A program made the translations under genes and the position numbers. Below, piece after piece: positions 51,218-59,248 of a stretch of 64,000 nt of DNA (position 1 is its first letter; each line of letters starts with the position of its first letter). This DNA is from Alphaproteobacteria bacterium (lineage in GTDB: Bacteria; Pseudomonadota; Alphaproteobacteria; GCA-2731375), in contig CBDDPY010000002.1 in NCBI GenBank assembly GCA_965232515.1, positions 5,216,001 to 5,280,000 on the forward strand, written 5' to 3'. The notes below the pieces were generated by a model. The model was not told the DNA's origin. It saw only the letters and a program-made list of their open reading frames with translations, and made no database searches.

Positions 51218-52243
51218 ATGGCACAGCCAGCCGGCAACCGGCGCGAACGGCGCCGCAAGACCTGGAGCGCGCTGGGCGATCTCGGCCGCAAGCCGACGGA
51301 ATACGAGATCGTCACGCACGGCATGAACCATACCGGCGGCGAGACGCCGCTGGAGATGGGCCCCGACGTCCACGGCAATGCCTGGCTGAAGAAGTATCGC
51401 GACGACATCGCGCTGAAGGTCGGCAACTGGGACGAATTCCGCGATCCCGACCAGCTCACCTACGGCAAATACGTCCGCCTGCAGGACGAGCAGGAGGCCT
51501 ATATCGACAACCTGCTCGAGGAGTACACCGAGCGCAAGCCGTCGGACGAAAAGCTGTCGAGCACGGCGCTGGCGTTTCTCGGTTCATGCCTCACGCCCGG
51601 CCGCTATCTGGTGCACGGCCAGCAGATGATGTCGGCCTATATTCAGCAGATCGCGGCTTCGAGCTACGTCGCCAACGGCGCCTCGTTCCAGGCCGCCGAT
51701 CAGCTGCGCCGGGTGCAGCGCATCGCCTACCGCACCAAGCAGCTCGATCTCGCGCATCCGACCCACGGCTTCGGCAGCAGCGAGCGCGGGATCTGGGAGA
51801 ACGAGCCGCTCTGGCAGCCCATGCGCCAGGCGGTCGAACGGTTGCTCGTCACCTTCGCCTGGGACGAGGCGCTGATCGCCACCAATCTCGTGGTAAAGCC
51901 GATCTGCGACGACATCTTCCTGCGGCAGTTTGCCCGGGTCGCCTGGTCGCTCGACGACGGCCTCGACGCGCTGATCGCCGACAACCTCTATCGCGATGCC
52001 GAGCGGCACCAGCGCTTTATCGTCGCCGCCTGCCAGCACGCTATCGCCGCCGACCGGGCGAATCGCGACGTGATCTGGGGCCATGTCGAGGCCTGGCAGG
52101 AGACTGGCGAGGCCATCATCGTATCCGGCGCCAAGCTGATCACGCAGCACGCTGACGGCATGGTCGCGGGCGAGATCGAGGCCGAATTGCGAAGCGCTTG
52201 GCAGCAGCTGCTACGGGACGCCGGCCTGACCCACGATGCCTGA
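51218..52243 (+). CDS. isoE: Monooxygenase hydroxylase beta subunit (XamoE/IsoE/TmoE)
   Basis: KTWSALG..RKPTEYEIVT, WDEFRDPDQLTYGKYV, FQAADQLRRVQRIAYR, NLVVKP. Confidence 0.92.
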   Translation: MAQPAGNRRERRRKTWSALGDLGRKPTEYEIVTHGMNHTGGETPLEMGPDVHGNAWLKKYRDDIALKVGNWDEFRDPDQLTYGKYVRLQDEQEAYIDNLLEEYTERKPSDEKLSSTALAFLGSCLTPGRYLVHGQQMMSAYIQQIAASSYVANGASFQAADQLRRVQRIAYRTKQLDLAHPTHGFGSSERGIWENEPLWQPMRQAVERLLVTFAWDEALIATNLVVKPICDDIFLRQFARVAWSLDDGLDALIADNLYRDAERHQRFIVAACQHAIAADRANRDVIWGHVEAWQETGEAIIVSGAKLITQHADGMVAGEIEAELRSAWQQLLRDAGLTHDA

Positions 52244-53267
52244 CGGCGGCGCCGGGGCACGGTCGTATCGGATCACGCTGTCGGGCAGCGGCGCGACGTT
52301 CGATTGTCGGTCCGACGAGACGTTGCTGCGGGCCGGTCTCGCCGCCGGTCTGGCCATGCCGTATGAATGCGCCAGCGGCGCCTGCGGTTCCTGCAAGGCG
52401 CGGCTGGTCGACGGCGAGGTGAACATGCGCTGGCCGGACGCCCCCGGCCTGTCGGCGCGCGACCGGGCGAAGGGCAACCGTATCCTCTGCTGTCAGTCCC
52501 TGCCGACCGAGGACTGCACCATCAACGTGCGGGCCGAGGCCGGCAGTCCGGAACCGGCGCCCCGTCCGATATCGGCCGAGGTCGCGGAGATCGCCGACCT
52601 CTGCGACGGCGTGCGCCGGATCGTGCTGACCACCGCGACGCCGATTGATTTCCTTGCCGGTCAGTTCGTGCTGCTACGCCTGCCGGGCGACGGCGGCTAC
52701 CGCGCCTATTCCATGGCCAACGCGCCGGCGGGCACGACAGACCTGATTCTCCTGATCAAGGCCAAGCCGGGCGGCCAGGCAACGGCGCATTTGTTCGATC
52801 GCATGGCCGTTGGCGACGGCGTCGATCTCGAGGGTCCCTATGGGCGGGGCTATTTGCGCGAGGACAGCGACCGGCCGCTGATCGCCGTTGCCGGCGGTTC
52901 GGGGTTGGCGCCGATGCTGTCGATCGTGCGCCGCGCGGTCGGTCTGTGGCCGGACAGGCCGGTGCATCTCTATTTCGGCGCCGACACGCGGGCGGCGCTG
53001 TTCTGCCTCGACGAAATCGCCGCACTGGCGGCGCTGTTTCCCCGCTTCCGTCCGACGCTGGCGTTGCGCGATGGCCGGCCGGACGCCGGTTCGCTGCCTG
53101 TCGAGACCGGCCTGGTCGGCGACGTCATGTTGCGCGGCGAACCCGACCCGCAGGGAGCGGACCTCTATCTCGCCGGGCCCGGCGGCATGGTCGATGCCGT
53201 GCTGGCCCAGACCGTCCGCGCCAACGCCATCCCCGCCGACCGCGTGTTCTTCGATCGCTTCGTTTGA
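52236..53267 (+). CDS. isoF: NADH:ferredoxin reductase (XamoF/IsoF/TmoF)
   Basis: CASGACGSC...ILCC [2Fe-2S], RAYS FAD motif, AGGSGLAP, C-terminal FFDRFV. Confidence 0.92.
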   Translation: MPDGGAGARSYRITLSGSGATFDCRSDETLLRAGLAAGLAMPYECASGACGSCKARLVDGEVNMRWPDAPGLSARDRAKGNRILCCQSLPTEDCTINVRAEAGSPEPAPRPISAEVAEIADLCDGVRRIVLTTATPIDFLAGQFVLLRLPGDGGYRAYSMANAPAGTTDLILLIKAKPGGQATAHLFDRMAVGDGVDLEGPYGRGYLREDSDRPLIAVAGGSGLAPMLSIVRRAVGLWPDRPVHLYFGADTRAALFCLDEIAALAALFPRFRPTLALRDGRPDAGSLPVETGLVGDVMLRGEPDPQGADLYLAGPGGMVDAVLAQTVRANAIPADRVFFDRFV

Positions 53268-53277
53268 GCAAACCGCC

Positions 53278-54423
53278 GTGACCCACGATCCGGATCGCTT
53301 CGAGCGCAACTTCATCGGCGGCCATTGGGTCTTCACCCGCGAGGGCTACGACTTCGACATCTACGATCCGTCCAACAGCCGGGTCATCGGAACCGTGCCG
53401 CTGTCGTCGCGCTTCGACGTCGCCCGCGCCGTCGCCGCGGCCGAGGCGGCGCTGCCGGACTGGTCGGGACGCGCGGCCGCCGACCGCGCCGCCATCGTCT
53501 TCCGCGCCATATCGCTGATGGAGGCGGATCTCGACGCCATCGCCGCGCTCGAAGCCCGCGACACCGGCCTGCCGGTCATCCAGGCTCGCGCCGAGATCGC
53601 GGCCGCGCTGGCCCGGGCCGGCACGACGCGGCAAGCCGCGTCGCGGCCCGCCGGCGTGGTCGGCCAGATTCTGTCCTGGAGTGGCCCGTTCGCGCATGCC
53701 TGCCGCACGCTGCTGCCGGCGCTCGCCGATGGCGACGCGGTCGTCGTCAAACCGTCGCTGCGGGCGCCCCTGTCGCTCGTCCGGTTCGCCGAAAGCCTGC
53801 AGGCGACCGGCCTCCCGGCCGGCGTTCTCAATCTGGTGCAGGGCACGGGCATCGACGTGGGCGCCGCGCTCGCCGCGCATGCCGGCCTGTCCGAGCTCGG
53901 TTTCCAGGGCTCGCGCCAGACCGGCAGGAGCGTCACGCGCGCCGCGGCAAACAACGACACACCCTTGCAGTCCGCCTTCCGCCACCCTGTCCGGACAATC
54001 GTGCAGGCCGACACCGACCTCGATGCGACGATCGGTGACATCGCCGACAGAACTCTGGGCCACGCCGCGCGTGCCGGCTATGGCGGCCAGATCGTCCAGA
54101 TCGCGCCATCCCGCATTGATGACCTGATGACCGGGCTAACAGGGATCTTCGATGCCGTGCGCTACGACACCGCGTCGCAAGGATCGGGCTCGATCGCGCC
54201 CATGATCGCCGAGACCTACCGCGACGCGCGGCGGGCGCTGTTGGACGAATTCCGCGAGGCGGGCGTCGAAACGCTACATACCGGCCCGGAACCGTCGGCC
54301 CGGATCGCGCGCATGGGCTGGTTCGTGCCGCCGGTGATCCTGCGCGACGACGCGCAAACCATCGACATCGACGGCGATCAGCCTCTTGGGCCCACCGTGA
54401 TCCTACGAGTGCTCGCCGGTTAG
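53278..54423 (+). CDS. Aldehyde dehydrogenase-fold protein lacking catalytic residues (pseudoenzyme or decaying gene)
   Basis: ALDH-like NFIGGHW, DVARAVAAAEAA, VVVKPS, LPAGVLNLVQG, FQGS; but SWSGP for PWNFP, SAFRHP for LELGGK, HAARAGY for NAGQxC; 381 aa. Confidence 0.75.
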   Translation: MTHDPDRFERNFIGGHWVFTREGYDFDIYDPSNSRVIGTVPLSSRFDVARAVAAAEAALPDWSGRAAADRAAIVFRAISLMEADLDAIAALEARDTGLPVIQARAEIAAALARAGTTRQAASRPAGVVGQILSWSGPFAHACRTLLPALADGDAVVVKPSLRAPLSLVRFAESLQATGLPAGVLNLVQGTGIDVGAALAAHAGLSELGFQGSRQTGRSVTRAAANNDTPLQSAFRHPVRTIVQADTDLDATIGDIADRTLGHAARAGYGGQIVQIAPSRIDDLMTGLTGIFDAVRYDTASQGSGSIAPMIAETYRDARRALLDEFREAGVETLHTGPEPSARIARMGWFVPPVILRDDAQTIDIDGDQPLGPTVILRVLAG

Positions 54424-56087
54424 TTCCGGCTTTCCAGCAGGCGGCGGGCGATGACCTGGGCCTGGATCTCGCCGGCGCCCTCGAAGATGTTGAGGATGCG
54501 GGCGTCGCAGAGCACGCGGCTGATCGGGTATTCCAGCGCGAAGCCGTTGCCGCCGTGGATCTGCAGCGCGTTGTCGGCCGACGACCAGGCGACCCGCGCG
54601 GCCAGCAGCTTGGCCATGCCGGCCTCCAGATCGCAGCGTCGGTCCTGATCCTTCTCGCGGGCCGAGAAATAGACGAGTTGGCGCGCCATCATGGTCTCGA
54701 CCGCCATCCAGGCGAGCTTGCCGTGCACGCGCGGGAACTCGAAGATGGCGCCGCCGAACTGCTGCCGCTCGTTGGCGTAGGCGAGCCCTAAATCGATGGC
54801 GCTCTGAGCAACGCCGACGGCGCGCGCCGCGGTCTGGATGCGGGCCGACTCGAAGGTCGCCATCAGCTGCTTGAAGCCGTGGCCCTCCTGGCCGCCCAGC
54901 AAGTTTTCGGCTTTCACTTCGAATCCGTCGAAGCCGAGCTCGTATTCCTTCATGCCGCGATAGCCCAGCACCTCGATCTCGCCGCCCGTCATGCCGGCGG
55001 CCGGGAACGGCTCGGCGTCGGTGCCGCGCGGCTTCTCGGCCAGGAACATCGACAGGCCGCGATAGCCGGCCTCGTCCGGATCGGTCCGGGCCAGCAACGT
55101 CATCAGGTCGGCGCGCGCCGCGTGCGTGATCCAGGTCTTGTTGCCGGTGACCTTGTAGACCTCGCCGTCGCGCACCGCGCGCGTGCGCAGGCTGGCGAGA
55201 TCCGAGCCGGTATTGGGCTCGGTGAACACTGCCGTCGGCAGGATCTCGCCGCTGGCGATCTTCGGCAGCCATTTTTGCTTCTGTTCCTCGGTGCCGCCGC
55301 ACATGATCAGCTCGGCGGCGATCTCCGAGCGGGTGCCCAGCGAGCCGACGCCGATATAGCCGCGGCAGAGCTCCTCCGAGACCACGCACATCGCCATCTT
55401 GCCCATGCCGTGGCCGCCATAAGCTTCCGGGATCGTCAGGCCGAACACGCCGAGTTCATTCATCCGCTCGATCACGTCCATGGGGATCAGCTTGTCGCCC
55501 AGGTGCCAGTCGTGCGCGTCGGGGGTGACGTGGTCGACGGTGAAGCGGCGGAACTGGTCGCGCACCATGACCATGGTGTCGTCGAGGCCGTCCTCGCCGA
55601 AATGGCCGTCGCGGATCAACTCGCCGATGCGGCCGCGGACCGCCGCCGTGTTGCCGTTGCGGATCAGCTCGGCCACCGCCTCGGTCCAGAAGGCGTGGAT
55701 CTCGTCGTCGCTCAGGCCCAGGTCGGCCGGACGCACGACCTCGACCTGGCTCATCGCGATGCCGCCGGCCATCTCGGCCAGATAGCCTCCGAAGCCGGCC
55801 CGCAGCATCAGGCTCTCCAGCTCGCCGAACCGGCCCTCAGCCTGCAGGCGCTCGGCCCAGGCCAGCGACTGACGCAGCGCTTCGAGATAGGTCGCGTACC
55901 AGGCGAAGCCGTGTACGGCGAACTGCTGCTGGTTGATCAGGCCCGCGTCGATCCGGCCGTCGCGGCCGACCAGCGTGCGCAGCCGCTGGCGCGCAGCCTC
56001 GACCAGCCGCTCGGCCGCGTTCAGCACCTCGCGATAGGTGGCGGGAATGTCGTGCGCGTGCGTGTCCGAGGCCGGTTGGAGCGACAT
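54420..56087 (-). CDS. mcd: (2S)-methylsuccinyl-CoA dehydrogenase (ethylmalonyl-CoA pathway)
   Basis: 555-aa ACAD with N-terminal extension QQFAVHGFAWYATYLEALRQ, PTAVFTEPNTGSDL, IEVLGYRGMKEY, NIFEGAGEIQ. Confidence 0.85.
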   Translation of the reverse strand: MSLQPASDTHAHDIPATYREVLNAAERLVEAARQRLRTLVGRDGRIDAGLINQQQFAVHGFAWYATYLEALRQSLAWAERLQAEGRFGELESLMLRAGFGGYLAEMAGGIAMSQVEVVRPADLGLSDDEIHAFWTEAVAELIRNGNTAAVRGRIGELIRDGHFGEDGLDDTMVMVRDQFRRFTVDHVTPDAHDWHLGDKLIPMDVIERMNELGVFGLTIPEAYGGHGMGKMAMCVVSEELCRGYIGVGSLGTRSEIAAELIMCGGTEEQKQKWLPKIASGEILPTAVFTEPNTGSDLASLRTRAVRDGEVYKVTGNKTWITHAARADLMTLLARTDPDEAGYRGLSMFLAEKPRGTDAEPFPAAGMTGGEIEVLGYRGMKEYELGFDGFEVKAENLLGGQEGHGFKQLMATFESARIQTAARAVGVAQSAIDLGLAYANERQQFGGAIFEFPRVHGKLAWMAVETMMARQLVYFSAREKDQDRRCDLEAGMAKLLAARVAWSSADNALQIHGGNGFALEYPISRVLCDARILNIFEGAGEIQAQVIARRLLESRN

Positions 56088-56304
56088 GGGCGGAATCCTT
56101 TTTGAACAACTGTTTTCTAATTTACCGCCATGGACTGGTGTCGCACCAGGGACGCGGCAACGATGAGTCTAATATAGGGCAAACGAGCGCGCGACCGCAC
56201 GAACCCGGGCATTTGGTTAAAAAATCGCAAAAAACCGGGATTGTTGTGACGGGTGTCACTGGCCGCGAGGATTGCTTGCGCCAATCTACCAAGCGTACCC
56301 GATG

Positions 56305-56497
56305 AGTGTCGTCAAGCGGTCCCCGAGGGACCCCCCAACCCCGAAGGGGACCGTCAGAGTAAGCGTAAAATTGCGTACCCCGATAGTAAGTTGATCGCGA
56401 GCGCATGACCTCCGCGCCCGTGTGTAAAGCGCCGAAGAGATCCCTCCCTCGGCGCGCGTACAGCCCGGCCGTTCCCCCCAAGGCGGCCGGGCTTTTC
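56305..56497 (+). ncRNA. Candidate small regulatory RNA (5' end uncertain)
   Basis: No credible ORF; hairpins at 56317-56353 and 56429-56455 (loop with CCCTCCC) and a terminator at 56462-56496. Confidence 0.35.
56462..56496 (+). terminator. Rho-independent terminator
   Basis: AGCCCGGCCG/CGGCCGGGCT 10-bp stem followed by a short T run (TTTCATT). Confidence 0.65.
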
Positions 56498-56659
56498 ATT
56501 GCCTCCTGACCACCGATCTCGACTTCTCGGGCCGATTCTGCTAGTATTCATCCATGCTTTTGGACCACAGCCCCGTGGGCGCGATTGCGCGAATTACGGG
56601 CCCGGCCATGTCAGGTGGCCGGGACGTTTTCGTTCGCCGCAATTCCAGCCCCACGGAGT

Positions 56660-56989
56660 ATGTCGTCCATGTCGTTGCAATCGGCTGAGTACAGCCCCAA
56701 CCCACCCTCTCTGAACCCGACCGAGCCGGCCTATCGCTTTTGCGTGCGTTCGGCCGTCGATCCGTCCGTGCTGTCGCGCGTCGTCGAGCTGTTCGCGCTG
56801 CGCAATCTCGTGCCGCACGCCGTTTCAAGCCGCCTCGACGGCCGGCGCGAGCCGGAGCTGCGCATCGATGTCGATGTCTGCGGCCTGGCCGACAACGAGG
56901 CCGAACACATCGCCCGGCGCATCGACCAGTTCATGCCGGTGATCAGCGTCCTGCTGGAACGCGACGAGGCGGTCCGGGCCAGCGCCTGA
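56660..56989 (+). CDS. Small stand-alone ACT-like domain protein
   Basis: GGAG RBS; FCVRSAVDPSVLSRVVELFALRNLVP...HIARRIDQFMPVISV resembles an IlvM-type ACT fold. Confidence 0.6.
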   Translation: MSSMSLQSAEYSPNPPSLNPTEPAYRFCVRSAVDPSVLSRVVELFALRNLVPHAVSSRLDGRREPELRIDVDVCGLADNEAEHIARRIDQFMPVISVLLERDEAVRASA

Positions 56990-57058
56990 CGCTTTGCCAC
57001 CACGTCGCGGGTCGATATCGCATGCTTCGAGACGGGTCCTTCGGACCCTCCTCAGGAT

Positions 57059-58235
57059 GGAGACCTTTGCACGGTTTTGGGAAGCGTGATTCACTGACGG
57101 TATAGGGGCTGTCGGTGAGGGTTTGAGATGTCTCGCAAGCGTGTTGGTCAGCTGGGGTTTGAGGACGCGGTTGTCGAGGCGCGGCTTGGCGCTCGGTTCG
57201 ATCGGCTGTCGAAGATCAATGATCTTGTGGACTGGCGGCCGTTTGAGGCGCTGCTGGAGGGGCTTTATCCGTCGCGTCGGGGCGAGCCGTCTTATCCGGC
57301 GCTGATCATGTTCAAGGTGCTGCTGTTGCAGCGCTGGTACAATCTGTCGGATCCGATGATGGAGGAGGCGTTGGCGGACCGGATCTCGTTCCGTCGGTTT
57401 GTCGGTCTGAGCCTGAGCGATCCGGTTCCCGATCACTCGACGATCCACCGTTTCCGGGACCGTCTACGCGGGGCGGCGCGTCTTGAGGCGCTGATGGGGG
57501 AGTTGTCGCGTCAGCTCGAAGCGCACCAGGTCGTGCTCAAACAAGGCACGTTGATTGATGCCAGCCTGGTGAGCAGCGCGGCGCGGCGGCCTCGGATCAA
57601 GGAAGGCCGGACCAGCCGGACCGATCCGGATGCGCGCTTTGGCACCAACAACGAGCGCCGGCGCTATAGCTTTGGCTACAAGCTGCATGTGGCCGTGGAT
57701 CAGGGCTCGGCGCTGATCCGCGGCCTGTTTCTGACGCCGGCCAATCGCCAGGAGATCGACTTTGCCGCCGATTTGGTTCAGGGCGACGAGCAGGCCGTCT
57801 ATGCCGACCGTGGTTATGACGCCCGGCGCCTGCGCGATCATCTGGCGGCGCTCGGCATCGCCGACGGGGTCATGCGCCATGCCCGTAAAGGCAGGCCGCT
57901 CAACGCCGAAGAGACCGCCCGGAACCACCGGCTGGTGGCCCGGCGCCGACCGGTCGAGAAGATCTTCGGCACCCTCAAACGAAGCTACCGCCTCAGCCGC
58001 CTGCCGCATTTCAGCCAAGCACGCAACGAAGTCACCGTCACGCTCGCCTGTTTCGCCTACAACCTGCGACGCCTCGCCGTCCTCTGCGCAACTTGAGGCC
58101 GCTCGATATCGACCTCATCGACAGCAAACAGGCCTCAAGCCGGTCAGCGGCTCGAAAACAGGCGCGATCGCCGCTAACAACCCAGCGCCAAGCTCGAACA
58201 TAGCGACAAACAACACCTACCGTGCAAAGGTCTCC
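57059..58235 (+). mobile_element. IS5-family insertion sequence (IS5/IS1106-like ends)
   Basis: Perfect 17-bp terminal inverted repeats GGAGACCTTTGCACGGT (57059-57075) / ACCGTGCAAAGGTCTCC (58219-58235) around a single transposase gene. Confidence 0.93.
57128..58096 (+). CDS. IS5 family DDE transposase
   Basis: MFKVLLLQRWYNLSDP, PDHSTIHRFR, TLIDASLV (D), VYADRGY (D), RPVEKIFGTLK (E); intact frame. Confidence 0.95.
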   Translation: MSRKRVGQLGFEDAVVEARLGARFDRLSKINDLVDWRPFEALLEGLYPSRRGEPSYPALIMFKVLLLQRWYNLSDPMMEEALADRISFRRFVGLSLSDPVPDHSTIHRFRDRLRGAARLEALMGELSRQLEAHQVVLKQGTLIDASLVSSAARRPRIKEGRTSRTDPDARFGTNNERRRYSFGYKLHVAVDQGSALIRGLFLTPANRQEIDFAADLVQGDEQAVYADRGYDARRLRDHLAALGIADGVMRHARKGRPLNAEETARNHRLVARRRPVEKIFGTLKRSYRLSRLPHFSQARNEVTVTLACFAYNLRRLAVLCAT

Positions 58236-58336
58236 AGCATGAGGTAAGGCATTGATGTCAAACCCAAACCTCATCCTGAGGAACGCCCGTCAGGGCGTGT
58301 CTCGAAGGATGCGCTATCGGGTTCCGATCTGAGTCG

Positions 58337-59188
58337 TTAACCCAGGCCGGCCATCCGCCTGACGTCGTCGGCGCTGGCGCCGGCGGCGCGCAACTCCTGC
58401 AAGGTTTGCGCGCGGTCACGCTTCGACAACCGCTGTCCCTCGGCGTTGGTCAGCAGGGCGTGGTGCCGGTAGGCCGGTGTCGGCAGGTCCAGCAGCGCCT
58501 GCAGCAGCCGATGCACGTGCGTCGCATGGAACAGGTCGCGGCCGCGGATCACGTGCGAGATGCCTTGCAACGCATCGTCCACCGTCACCGATAGATGATA
58601 GCTGGTCGGCGTGTCCTTGCGGGCCAGCACCACATCACCCAGGGGACGCGGATCGCAGGCCATCATGCCGGCATCGACATCGTGCCAGGTCAGGCCGTCG
58701 CCGGCCGTCTCGAGCGCCATTTCCAGGTCCAGCCGCAAGGCGAAGGCGTTGCCGGCCGCGATCCGCAGCGCCCGTTCCTCGGCTGAGCGCTGCCGGCAGG
58801 TGCCCGGATAGATCGGTCCATCGGGCCCATGCGGCGCGTTTGCGCTGCGGGCGATCTCGGCGGCGATGTCCTTGCGCGTGCAGAAGCAGGGATAGAGCAG
58901 CCCCATGGCGTCCAGCCGGTCCAGACGCTCGGCGAAATCCGCGAAATGATCGGACTGCCGGCGCACCGGCTCTTCCCATGTCAGACCGAGCCAGGCGAGG
59001 TCATCGAAGATGGCCTGCTCGAATTCCGGCCGGCAGCGGCCGGCATCGATATCCTCGATCCGCAGCAGGAACCGGCCATCCGACGCCCGCGCCGCATTGA
59101 AGGCGGTGAGCGCCGAGAAGGCGTGGCCCAGATGCAGATAGCCCGTCGGGCTGGGGGCGAAGCGGGTGACGAAAGCGGTATCCGACAT
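58337..59188 (-). CDS. gluQ: tRNA glutamyl-Q(34) synthetase
   Basis: TRFAPSPTGYLHLGH, LRIEDID, YPCFCTR, RGRDL, LSKRD; no anticodon-binding domain. Confidence 0.92.
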   Translation of the reverse strand: MSDTAFVTRFAPSPTGYLHLGHAFSALTAFNAARASDGRFLLRIEDIDAGRCRPEFEQAIFDDLAWLGLTWEEPVRRQSDHFADFAERLDRLDAMGLLYPCFCTRKDIAAEIARSANAPHGPDGPIYPGTCRQRSAEERALRIAAGNAFALRLDLEMALETAGDGLTWHDVDAGMMACDPRPLGDVVLARKDTPTSYHLSVTVDDALQGISHVIRGRDLFHATHVHRLLQALLDLPTPAYRHHALLTNAEGQRLSKRDRAQTLQELRAAGASADDVRRMAGLG

Positions 59189-59248
59189 AGGGTGACAGAC
59201 TAGCAAAGGCTGGCTATGTCTTCAGGCACGCTAGTGTCAGGAGTAGGC

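Larger units (their letters stand above)
57013..58319. repeat. REP-like inverted pair interrupted by the IS
   Basis: Left arm CGATATCGCATGCTTCGAGACGGGTCCTTCGGACCCTCCTCAGGATG; right arm CCTCATCCTGAGGAACGCCCGTCAGGGCGTGTCTCGAAGGATGCG; same family as 34189-34300. Confidence 0.72.

Noticed and set aside
48711-53267. Calling the oxygenase a toluene/phenol, methane or propane monooxygenase
   Set aside because: A Rieske ferredoxin and this gene order exclude sMMO, propane monooxygenase and phenol hydroxylase; no ring-cleavage genes are nearby and the isoGHI-like context favours alkene epoxidation, though substrate is unproven
56291-56497. tmRNA, RNase P, SRP, 6S or tRNA identity for the structured intergenic region
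   Set aside because: No tag-peptide frame, GAAAGTCC core, SRP loop, long 6S rod or cloverleaf seen
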